Shown: one piece after another, positions 27,487 to 39,111 of the stretch | Layout: each line of letters opens with the position of its first letter | How positions within the stretch are numbered: the first letter of the stretch is position 1 | Assembly: GCA_022813965.1 (NCBI GenBank) | Contig: JALDZS010000035.1 | Span: forward strand, 1 to 64,000 | DNA: 64,000 nt | Reading direction: 5' to 3' | Origin: Toensbergia leucococca | Lineage: Eukaryota | Notes under the pieces: generated by a model | What the model was told of the DNA's origin: nothing | Databases searched by the model: none | The model's input: only the letters and a program-made list of their open reading frames with translations | Position numbers and translations under genes: made by a program

Positions 27487-29400
27487 CTAACTCGTCACCC
27501 TTCGTACCCATAGACTGGTTGGCTCGTATGATGCTTTGCTGTCTCTCCGCTTCCATGCTCGATGCAGCTTGAGGCCTGTTTCATGCTCTTCTTTCATTAC
27601 TTCTGCCAATTCTGTATTTAGGCTGTTGACGGTCTTCTTGATCTCCTGCCTTGAAGCGAGATCATAAGCGATGGAGCTTGGCTGCACGACATGGGTCAGC
27701 TCATGTATCACAGTCTGTAGGTTGCCCCTTCTGCGACGCAGAGTATCTAGCTTTGCTTGAAGCATCGCTACTCGATCAATTGCGTCAATTTCTGCGGGAC
27801 GTTTGGGTAGAGCCTTTGAATTTCTATTGTCGGTTGCCGTCGACGTCATAGTCTCTAATGGTGTAGGCTTACGAGCAGCTACTTTTGTATTGGGTGTTCC
27901 AGCGACTGGTATCGGCCGTTTCCGGTTCAGTATTGAAAGGGGAGATGTGACAGGTAGCACTGTCTCGGAGCTTATTTTCGGGGTCGCGGGAGGGCTATCG
28001 TATGCAGTCGTAGCATATGTGGTAGCACTAAAGCGACTTGCTGGCTGACCTTCAAGTTGCATATCGTGCATCGCAGCGCGGAACTTGTCCTCGATCGGGC
28101 CCGAGGTTTGTTCACCATCACTGTTACACGGTGAAAGATCTGGTAGGGTTGGTGACGGCCTCTCTCTCATTTCTTCGTTGCTAGGATTTCGTGCAAGAGG
28201 GGATCTCCTATCATCATCTGTTGGACTTGGACATACGGATTGTGCTGATTCTTGAGTTGCGGGTGGAGTTAATATATCAGCAGGGACAGGTTTCCGAGCC
28301 ATGTCAACAGGATCGAATGATCTATTAGTTTCGGACAGCGCACTGGGTTGGTCCATCGCATGCTGCGTAGAGCAGCTTGAGTTCGCACTCGGACTTTCTT
28401 GCTCCCCAGACTCTTTCGGGTGACGTTTATATCCAGCAGGAAATGTGATAGATTTTCCGGGCGGCAAAGGCTTGTCCATAAGAGGATTCATGATTTTTGA
28501 CCGTCCGCTGGCCCCTTTCCATTCCTCTCTTACTACTTGCTTTTGAGCTGCTATTCTATTCGAGGCCTTCCTCCCCGCAAGCATCATCCCACTTCCGATT
28601 GATGGAGATCGACCGTGGCTACCATTCCCCTGTGCGGGACTCGATTCAGATCCAAAACGAACATGACCCGGAGTGGCTTGAGCGGGTTTGCCAGTCTCAC
28701 TATCGGTAGGCTCACCGGAGAAGTCATCCCAACGAGTCAAAGTGGTTCCACTTGAGTCACGTTCCGGGGACTCAATGCCAGCGCCTCGACTTCTCCAACC
28801 AGAAAATAAAGCTCCGGCTCCACCAAATCTTTGAGTCTTTTTCAGAATTGGGATGTGGCTATTGTGGTTATCTAAAGATTGAGGCCCATCTACTAGATGA
28901 TTTGGCGATTCGGCTATTGGAGAGATTTCCGGCGTGTGCCTTCGGCTTCTAATCCTTTGTTCGTTGTTCGTATCTGGCGAGTCTGGAGGCGAGATGTCCT
29001 CAGGGTACACCGAAGATGCCCTGGGTATGTCTAATTTTGGTAACTGGTCATGCCGCTGTGTTGGTGACGGTTGCGAGTAGACAGAGGATGCCGTGGGTGC
29101 CTGGGAAACTGGCCTAGTATATGGAGCGCTTGAGACTCTTAAGGAGTGACTGCCCGACAATTAGTTATTCATACATTTCATCAGTTGTCGAGGTGTGATG
29201 TATTTGACTTACAAAGGTAGCTCTGGCAGACCCTTCACCACATCTTCCGTCTTCTTCCTGCCAAAGGCTGGTCTTGTGCAAATGCTAAAATCGCCATGCA
29301 GATCTATCGCATGGGTAAGGGTCTTCTCATCAAAAGAAGTATCTATCAAAGTCGGGTTTCCAATCGATCTCTCAGGCTGACGATTAAGACGCTTCCACAT
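27487..29400 (-). CDS. Hypothetical low-complexity protein with C-terminal coiled coil, 2 exons
   Basis: 557-aa ORF joined to an upstream exon by a GTAAGT...CAG intron. Conserved-looking motifs TRWDDFSGEP, SRFSATTY, EEHETGLKLHRAWKR, PTSLWVRRVT. Confidence 0.82.
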
Positions 29401-30122
29401 GGTGACCACGTTTCGTAGGGTTAACTTTCAAGAATAAGCATATGAACTCTGACTCGTATGGACAGGAAATTGGCTCACTGGTGCATGAAAGGCTCTTTAT
29501 GCGGTCAGCAATAGGCATGGGTTGTTCTTCTCAAACTTGCTATGGTGCAGCCGATGTCCTAAACTCTTTTATAAGCCGTCACAGCATACTTCCTTGGTGT
29601 GAGTTGTGCCGTCTGACTATGCCTTGAACGATCAAGTTGAAGAAAGGGGTTGTTGCAAATGCATGGGGGCACAAAAGCTACAATCAACAATCAGTGAAGA
29701 TCCCGCCAGTTCTCATGCCGGATCGGGCCACTGGTTTACTAAGTCGTGATGACGCGAACGCGACGTTCCACGCCAATTTAAAAATCACCTCAGCACTCAG
29801 CAGCGGAAGAAAGGGTTCATTTCTTTCTGCAGCACGCCAGGATTGGCAACCCGCCCCAATGTCACTCATTCATCGCGTATCAGAACGACTACTGGCGGAA
29901 ATTGGCCTGTAGAAACTTGGTTGATGGGAGTGGTGGTACAAGCCAAAGTTGAGGATATTCTAGAATACGCGTTGTGATTGACACGCTCCGAGAGTCCGAA
30001 CCTCCGATAGAACTAGGGCTGAGGGCTAGATACTGCCCCACTTTTGACTGACGGTTGGGCTGCTACATGTTCCACCTTCAACGTTGATATTTGTATCAAT
30101 CTGAAATTATTCGAAGTGTGCC

Positions 30123-30750
30123 ATGGCAGACGGTGAGCATGAGACTTCCCGTGTCCAGTGCAACTGCCGTCTTACATTTACAAAGATCAACCCTCGGCCG
30201 CCTTCCCTCAAGCTGCTCAAGTGTACGTTGTCTCAGTGTCGCACCTTTGCTCAACACTGATATCCCACCGTGCAGCGCTTCTATTGCGTCACCAATTAAC
30301 TTTATCCTCTTGGCCCTACTTGTCGTCCTCGTTTACCTTCGCCTTCGCCCAGTTCCGCCCCCGACCCTACCCAAGGCACCGGCACCTATAGTGTTCCGTA
30401 CCTTCACCCCGCCAACTCTGAAACCCTACAGTGGCCTGAAGAACATGCCAGTCTACCTAGCTGTCCGAGGGCGAGTGTTTGATGTAACTTCGGGGTCTAA
30501 TTTCTATGGCCCTGGTGGACCATATGAGAATTTCGCTGGGAGAGATGCAAGCAGGGGCCTAGCCTGCGGAAGCTTCGATGAGGACATGTTGACCAAAGAC
30601 CTTGAAGGCCCACTGGATGATCTCAAAGACCTTGGAAGTGACGAGCTGCAGTCACTACAAGATTGGGAAGATAGATTCTCAGAGAAATACCTGGTGGTGG
30701 GAAAGCTGGTTGCAGTTGGGAGCGAAGAGGCGACTAAGGCAATGTCATGA
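30123..30750 (+). CDS. DAP1: Membrane-associated cytochrome b5-like heme/steroid-binding protein (Dap1/PGRMC1), 3 exons
   Basis: TM helix followed by YLAVRGRVFDVTSG, FYGPGGPYENFAGRDASRGLA and KYLVVGKL. Two short 5' exons splice in frame. Confidence 0.92.
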
Positions 30751-31297
30751 TCACAGGAACATGCATCTAAATGATGCGTAAAGGATACGATTGCATTCTG
30801 GTATCAAACAACCAAATGAATACCCAGTGCCCGGAGTTAAGAAGACAGCTGTGAGCAAATAGTAGATCGTTCTCTTGTGACAAAATAGAGTATGGTATCA
30901 CAGGCATATTCTTCTAGGCAAAAATGATGCATGGCGAGTTTAACGATCAATCAATGAAGTCAATGTCCATGCAAGAAATTATATTTAGGGTTGATTGATC
31001 CGAGATTGTAGAGTACAGAGTACCTATTGAGGAATGGTCTCGTTGACTTACGTAAACGGACGTCGAGATCTTAGGGCTGAACGGATGAGACGATAGGACA
31101 GCGAAATGTCATCAACCTCTACGAAGTGATCGAAACATCGACACCAAATGTTCTCATTGAGCCTCATGAAGACGCTTAGAACTGAATGAATCTGCGTCGA
31201 GAATCATGTGCTTGCCTAGGCCATCGACAGATATCTCAAGAAAACAGTAGCAACTTATTACTGCAATTCTCAAGATCTTAATCCATCCATCACTCTA

Positions 31298-34108
31298 ATG
31301 GTGGACGAGAAGCCCCACAAGTATGAAGGTCAGGAGTCTCTGCCAATTCCGACTTATGAAGAAGCCATAAACTCTCGCCCTTCCTCGTCACATTCATTCC
31401 TTGGTCCCGCACAGGTCAGTCAGGATGCCGAACGGCAAGGCTTGCTTGGGCGGCCATCACAACACCATGGCTACCAACCTCCAGCTGTGGAATCAACCCG
31501 GTCCAGCTTGGACTTCCTACCGTCCTCGGGTGAAACTTCACCCCGAAGTTCTATGGGACGTTTACGGACGGAGATGATGCAGATGGATGTGCTTGACCCC
31601 GGAGCGGAAGGAGATTCAGAAGGGCGTTTGAGACGAGGCAATCGACTGTCAAAACACATAAACACCCTCACACATAGTTTATCATCCTTCAATGTCCCGT
31701 TCCGCCAGTGGCTCCCTTCACTAGACTATTTACGAGCTCGATTACCTACACTTCGGATACCACAGCAGTTCAAACCCGGCTGGGTTATGATCGGACGTTT
31801 CCTTGCGCTCTTTCTTGTCTTATCTCTGTCATACCTCTTGCTTTTGTCGGATGTGTTTACATTTGGACAAAGAAGTGGTATGGGCCAGGTTTATGATCCT
31901 GAGTCTGTGCGCATTTATGTGCAGAGCCACGTCAACGAAACTTACATCCAAGAGAATTCAGAGCATCTTACAATGTTTGATCATATATCTGGCACAGAGG
32001 GAAATTTCGTTCTAGCGCGATGGGTGGAGGGTTTATTCAGTGCTGCCAACTTGGAGACCGTAGGCATGGAGCGATTCGACGTTTATCTTAATTATCCCAG
32101 GAAAGGTGGGCGGCGAGTCGCCATTATCGAACCTCCCGACATGGCTTGGGAAGCGTTAATTGAGGAAGAACTTGCGTATACAGATCCACCACGAGAACAG
32201 ACACTTGTATTCCACGGTCATTCAAGAGCTGGCAATGTTACTGGTCCTCTAATATATGCCAATTATGGCTCTAGGGAAGACTTCAAGATGCTGGAAGATA
32301 GCGGGATAGACCTCAAAGGGACGATTGCTCTCGTCCGATATTATGGGAGTCAAGGGGATCGGGCGTTGAAGGTGAAAGCTGCGGAATCCTTTGGTTGCGC
32401 CGGTTGCATCATCTACAGTGACCCCGCTGAAGATGGGTTCCGTAAAGGAGAAATTTATCCTGAAGGACGCTACATGCCGAGCGACGGAGTGCAGCGTGGG
32501 GCCGTAAGTCTAATGAGCTGGGTTGTAGGAGATGTCCTCTCTCCTGGGTTTGCTTCGCTCCCTGGAGAGAGTAGAAGAGTTTCCAAAGATAAGAATCCGG
32601 GTCTCAACAATATTCCTAGTATTCCATTGGCTTGGAGGGATGCGCAGTCCCTTCTCCAGGCGCTCAAAGGCCACGGGGCGAAGCTGCATGATGACTGGAT
32701 CGGCGGGGTCCCAGACGTTGAATGGTGGTCCGGTGATCAGAGCTCCCCGGTGGTGCACTTGATGAATGAGCAGGACGAGGTAGAGAGACAGCCCATCTAC
32801 AACGTCGTTGGCAAGATCACGGGATTGGAGCAGCCTGAGAAGACTATCGTTGTTGGCAACCATCGAGATGCATGGTGCTTCGGAGCTGCGGATCCTGGCA
32901 GTGGGACAGCTGTTTTCCTCGAAGTCGTTCGGATTTTTGGTGAGCTGAGAGAGCTTGGCTGGATTCCTCTGCGGACAATCGAGTTTGCTTCGTGGGATGG
33001 CGAAGAGTACAACCTAATCGGATCTACTGAACACGTAGAAGCGAGGATGGAAGATCTACGGCGCAATGGGTTCGCCTACTTAAACGTAGATGTAGCTGTC
33101 ATGGGGAATGCTTTTCAGGCTGCCGCTTCCCCGTTATTCGAGCAAGCTTTACTCCGTGTCCTCGATCGAACATCTGACCCTAATGGTAATAAGACGCTTC
33201 GATCTATATGGGATGAAAAGAACTCCACACTGCAAGGTCTCGGTGCTGGAAGCGACTACGTTGCATTCCAAGACATGGCAGGGACGTCAAGCATCGATAT
33301 GGGATTCAGAGGTAACACGCCCCGAATGACTTGATGACATGTCTTTGCAGACTTGCTTACCAACAGATTTAGGCCCGGCTTATCCCTACCATTCTTGCTA
33401 TGACAATTTCGATTGGATGAGCATGTACGGAGATCCAGGCTTCCAATACCACAAGACCCTCGCACAGATCTGGGCCCTCCTAATCCTCGAAATGGCAGAC
33501 CGCCCGGTCCTCCCCTTTGATTTCGAGGCCTATGCTCGCGCTGTCCAAGGCTATGTCGCAGATCTTGAGAATTACGCTGGCACAAAGGGTGCGCCGTGGA
33601 AAGGTGTTGGAGCTGACACTGTTTTTGATATGAGTCCGCTGCGTCGAGCTGCAGATGACTTCTCGACCAATGCACGGCAGTTCCATGAGTGGGATCAGGA
33701 ATGGTCGTCGTCCGTGTTTGCGAGCGGAGGCTTCGAGAGTAACGTTATGATCATCAAGCGTATGAGTCACAATACCCGAATGGCCAACTTCGAGACCAAT
33801 CTGCTCGATGTTGACGGAGGTGTAAGTCCTTGAATTCTACTTTGTCCTTCATTTTTTCGAGTTATCCTAGTAGGTATATTAAAGTCTACAATCACGCGAC
33901 TGACTCTCTTCCGTCCCCATTTCAGCTTCCTGGCCGCGAACAGTTCAAACATGTCATCTTTGCGCCTCAGGCCTGGTCGGGGTACGACGAGGCTTACTTT
34001 CCGGGTATACGGGATGCGATTGATGGGGGGGATTGGAAGCTGGCGCAGGAGCAAGTCGAGAAGGTTGCGGGTATCCTGTCGCATGCGAGCTGGAAGCTCA
34101 ATCATTAG
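31298..34108 (+). CDS. Transferrin-receptor-like M28 glutamate carboxypeptidase (Tre1/Tre2/Vps70 family), 3 exons
   Basis: PTYEEA motif, one TM helix, PA domain (YANYG), GNHRDAW, GAADPGSG, SWDGEEYNLIGS, GSDY, PYHSCYD, FKHVIFAP. Confidence 0.94.
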
Positions 34109-34831
34109 ATGTGATGGGGAAAGGGCAGCGCAAGTGTGATTATAGGTATTTGTTCTGTTTGTATATTCAAGGGCGAAAGTAAGGCGATTGGAATTTGCTC
34201 GGATCCGGCTTGATCCTAGAGTGTCATCCAGAGTATATCTAGCAGCTTTGAGGACCAGACGGTCGCGATTGTATTCAAAATTTTAGATGCTCCATCTCGT
34301 AAATCGCACGTATGACTGTGCAGTCGTGTATCAAATTCTATATTTTAGAGCCCTAAACCATTCCGCGCCTCATGTTTGCCGTGGCACACACCACATCTGC
34401 ACACAGCCAGGGAGAAGCCGGCATCCATTTGCTCCGCACAAATCGTGAGTGCCATCACACAAGCCCCTGCAAACAAAAACGGAACTCGCCACCTCCAATT
34501 CCACCTCGATCACCCCACCAAGTAGTACGCCAGCCAAAACCACCAAAAACACAATAAAGCATGCCACCCATAACACCTCTAGCCCAGTCTCGGTCACTCA
34601 GCCAACACCCCCTACCCTTTCCACCCCCCCTGGGAAAATCCAACCACTAATACAAACCTCTCTTCACCTTCTCAAATTCCATCAGCTTATACGCCCCTAA
34701 AAACTCCCAAAGCTGCTCCAATTTGATCTGTCTCACGCGGCTGCTGCTCATAGTTGCCTGGGAGAAAGCACGTACTCCGGCGCTGTAGGAGCGGATATCG
34801 AGGGGAAGGCGGTATGCCTGCATGATGCGAT

Positions 34832-36437
34832 CTAGTTGGGAGTCTTTGACCGACGGGGGGATGGTGTTAGTGGTGTGGTTGGAGATTTCGGACAGGGAGG
34901 GAACGCACTGTCTAGGACTTTCATTGTCTCTACTGTCTTAGGAATGGCGAAATCGGAGGGGTAGCGACCGTCGTCGCACATCTGTTGAGGTTTGGTAAGT
35001 GGGACGCTATTACTGGATTGTGTGTCTCGGCAGGAATTTGAGGGGGTGACTGACATGTGGGAAAACTTTGCCGTATTTCGCTGTGTGGCTGATTTGGCCA
35101 TTGACGAGTTGAGCGGCGAGGTTGGTTCTGCATGGAGGAGGAAGACCTTAGTATGCGTTCGTCGTAGGTAGACTTTGAGGTAGGAGTAAAGTGGTTCAGT
35201 GGAACGAACATACTTGCAAATAAGACTGGACAGGTTCAGATCCGATGAACCATGCGAGCTAGTCACATAACCGGATTCGGGTTCATAGTCGCCTGGGTAG
35301 GGTGATCTTGGTCTGAGACCACCTCCGTATCGCGGTGCGCCGGTAAAGTAGTCAGGTGTCTCTAGACTTAGCCGTGCGTGATTCATGGCAAGACTCAGAT
35401 CTGATTGTGCCATACTTCGAGGATCCAGACCGACAGGTGTACCAGGCAGGGACGTGTAGGGGCCGTGCTGGGGGCGTACAGACATCATCGAGTTATAGGA
35501 AGGAGCTGCAAGATCAGAATGCATCATTGTTGAGGATCGGGCGTTCATGATGGTGAGTAGGACTTGGAGAGCAGGAATGAAATGGAGGAGAAAGGGATTT
35601 GGAGACGAGAGGTGCTATAACTGTGCGTGATGGCTCATGGTGACACCAACAGTTCGGATTGCCCAAGAAGGATTTCGCAGTGTGCCAACACACAAACATG
35701 TTCTCGCTGCGATGGGGGCACTTTTTACGCAGCGATGGCAAACATTTTCGTTGGACTAGTGTGGTATGCTTGATCATGGTGTTGGCATGCAGAGCAGGGA
35801 GGATTGTCAGGCTCAAGTGGCGTTCGTACCGGGAGCCTGCAGAATATCAGGGTACAGTCTTCATTAGGTAGCATTATGCGGTGGCGGATGTCTCCCGATT
35901 GAAGGGCAACATTATATATGTTGAGAAGCGCTGCACTGAGCTGTAAGAAGAAGAAACGCCATTCAGGGAGACTAGGCTTCGCTCCGGTTCGTGAACCATT
36001 AATAATACATTCATCACTCACCTATCAGAGCACAAAGACGCCAGATCGAGACAATCGAGTCGTTGCTGATGGGACGTCTCAGTTCTCCACCATACCAGCC
36101 TCTCTCGGGAACATTTGACAGAGATCAATCGATCTTGCAAGACACTCGACCCGATGGGATTTCGAGGCTCAGCTTTCTTACGGAGTTTGCCTGCGCGCAG
36201 GTGGACTAATGTACCCTCTTTGTGCATGATAATAGCATGCTGGATGAAGTTGATCAAGCCTTGATTGTTATGGCCTATTAGGAACACCCCGTGCAAGTCA
36301 ACATGTTTGTACCATCTGTGACTGTTGGTAGTACAATAAACGACATGTTCAGGGTCATTGGTCCTCTTTGGGTTGATCGATTGCTGCTCGCATTCACGGC
36401 GTAGATCAGTTGTGATCCGAGGTCCTCCTTCGCTCAA
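34832..36437 (-). CDS. Probable lineage-specific multi-exon hypothetical gene (exon structure unresolved)
   Basis: Successive minus-strand ORFs (36018-36437, 35725-36021, 35514-35816, 34832-35548) with splice-like signals between them. No recognisable domain. Confidence 0.4.
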
Positions 36438-38099
36438 TTTTCCGCAGGGACAGCTCCTCTGTCATCGTGATTCGCTGACCTTCCACGTAAGCCATCGGTC
36501 TCGCCTGCTTCGCTACCACTGATCACTGGTCTTCTAATGCTGATTCCCCGCGGTCGGCCTGTGGAAGTTTCGGCTAAAGATGGAGCTCGAGGCCTTCGTT
36601 TGCCACGGGCCCTGCCACCGATATATGGGATTTCGTAGAAAGCGGCGCGAACAATGTATAGCAGTAAGTCATACACGACAAAAAAGGCCCATGGAGCGAT
36701 GGTGAAGATAGCTAGTAGAAGCTAGAGTAGAACCTTTTAGTCAGGACTGTCCTAGATCTGGAGGGACTGGGTAGTTGACTTACAAAGAAACGTACGATCC
36801 ATGTCTCCACAAATGTCCAGTGTGCTGGTAGGATAGAGAACCACGACATATTGGTCGGGGAATGAAAGGGTTCAGCTGTAATTGTTGATGGACGGGTGGT
36901 GCGACCTCTTTCTGGTTTGGCATTGGATGAGGTTATTGAGATACTGAAGCTTCCGGAGGCTTGGAGAGCTGTGAGGGAGTATTAGTAAGTTTGGATAGGT
37001 GTGTACTAGATATTACAGAGTAGTAATATCGTCGTTGCTACTCCAAGCTTGTTTGCGAGGATGGCAACGCTGTGGCTACCTCAGTGTTCTTTCTAGTCAG
37101 TAGTTTTACCTCCCGTTCACAACCTCCGCATTGGTCATTGTAAAGCTGCCGCTAGAATAACTTAGCTAGCCTCCGGTAACGGAATAGGTAGAATTCGTAG
37201 AAGAGCATCTTGCATTCCTCGATTCCAACCCTCCTCGTAGAACAGAACGAGTAGTTTATAACACACATGGTGAAAATCACCTCCAATCAAAAAGAACGTG
37301 CCCCTGTATTTCAAGCAGCTTTGTTTTACTATCATATATTCACATCTGCCATTGTGACTTTCACTATTTCGTAGCATGTCCAGTTCTATTCTACTCTCCT
37401 CGAGACGTGAATGGACCGCTCACTGCCGTTGTCGAGAAAATCAAAATGGCAGGAACGCCAGAGGGAAATGCGTCCATGTTGAGCCAGACAGACTCTGTGT
37501 TGCGAAGCAATAGAATCATTGAAGCCTCTTGCATTGCTTCGAAGCATCCAACATACATCTCACTTTCAAAAGTCGCCTGCTACGTCCAATCTTCATGCCA
37601 TGTTTTCCACCCCTTTTTTGACAAATTTGTATGCTACTGGCCAATTGTCTTGGTAGGCCGCAACTCCTCCAAACCCGCCATGGGGTGCGCAGGATGTTGC
37701 CATTAGAGAAAGCACATGGTAAATCACTCTACATCTCTCTTCCAGGCACAGAGGCACTTTACCGGGACCGCATAGCGCATATCGCAACTCTTGGAACAGA
37801 GTGCCTTGCAGATACGAAAGCATCTGAGACTGAGACTGCAACATGTGGAGTTTTCTAACCATGATCAATTCCGTTTTTCATTCTAGTGCCAGTCACATAT
37901 TCCCAAGTGTGCAATGATTTAATCCACCTTCTATCTGAACCTCAACACTCTTGCGCTTGTATCTTGATAACCCTTGTTTCCTCCAAAGTCATTCTTCAAG
38001 TTCTCTCTATTTGCCCAAGATGCATGATGCCCCAAAATCAGCGTGATTGACAAGATTCATACTTGGCTATTTCCCTTCGTTCCTTGCGTCTGTGGCAGC

Positions 38100-38627
38100 A
38101 TGCGTTTCGTTATCCTCGCCAACTTACCCATGGCTCTTAGTTCCATCATCAATATAAGGCGAGACATGGGTATCAATTGTCGAGGCAGTGCCCTCTGCAA
38201 TCCAGTCATTGGATTCTACGCCTCCCACCACTTCATCAGCGACTTCAACACCATCCTCAACACGGGCGGAATGTCCTCCCTCCCTGGCGGCCCAATCCTG
38301 GATGGGGATCAGTACTTCGCAGATGATGAGTTCAAACCGTTCATAGCCTGCGAGAAAATCAAGCATGCGGGTGGGGCCGGAGTGTGCTTATTCCTTCAAG
38401 GCGACTTGCCCATTGGCACTGTGAATGTGAACGGATCAGTCATCAAAGCTCGGATTAGCGATCTGAAGAATCATGGCTGCAAAAGTTGCGGCAGTGTTCC
38501 GCTGTCGGGGAACAACGACCCAAGGGCTGCCGGGATATTGACGGCAAATTATGTTCAAGATACTCAGGGCTGTAATGGCGTATGTGGTATGAGTGATTCC
38601 ACTACTTCCGAAGCGGAGAGCAGCTGA
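38100..38627 (+). CDS. KP4 killer-toxin-like secreted cysteine-rich protein
   Basis: GINCRGSALC...VCLFLQ...LKNHGCKSCGSVP...GILTANYV is the KP4-family signature. Hydrophobic N-terminus from ATG 38100, with an RR dibasic site before the mature domain. Confidence 0.88.
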   Translation: MRFVILANLPMALSSIINIRRDMGINCRGSALCNPVIGFYASHHFISDFNTILNTGGMSSLPGGPILDGDQYFADDEFKPFIACEKIKHAGGAGVCLFLQGDLPIGTVNVNGSVIKARISDLKNHGCKSCGSVPLSGNNDPRAAGILTANYVQDTQGCNGVCGMSDSTTSEAESS

Positions 38628-39111
38628 TGTTCATTATCAGTCAATTTCACCATGCAATCTAACCAGCCTTCGGATAACATAGTATCCAAGTGACCCTAGC
38701 AGAGATGAACAACTCTGTTGTATTCGGGAGCTTTGTTTTATGAAAAATACTGTGCTTTGGCGCTTGGACTCGGCCAGGAACCTTATGTGCAGGAATTCGC
38801 GTGCGTGAACAATTCTCATCTACCCATTGAGATGAGCTCTTAAAGACAGGTTGAATTTGCTGCTGCACAAGGAACGGGTCTCTACCCCTTTAATTCTGGC
38901 ATTCAAACGCTGGCACCAACGTCGACATGGAGCCTACTAATATAGACCTGGTGTGCTCGATATGTCCACCTCCACCGGTCCCACGATAACTCCGATCCCA
39001 ATTTCCAAAGAATCCGAAAAGTCTAATCCAGGGTATCCAGACACCATCCAAAAGAAAACCCCCACCACCTCAGAAAGGCCATTCCCACAACTTCCAACCC
39101 CTCCGACCACG

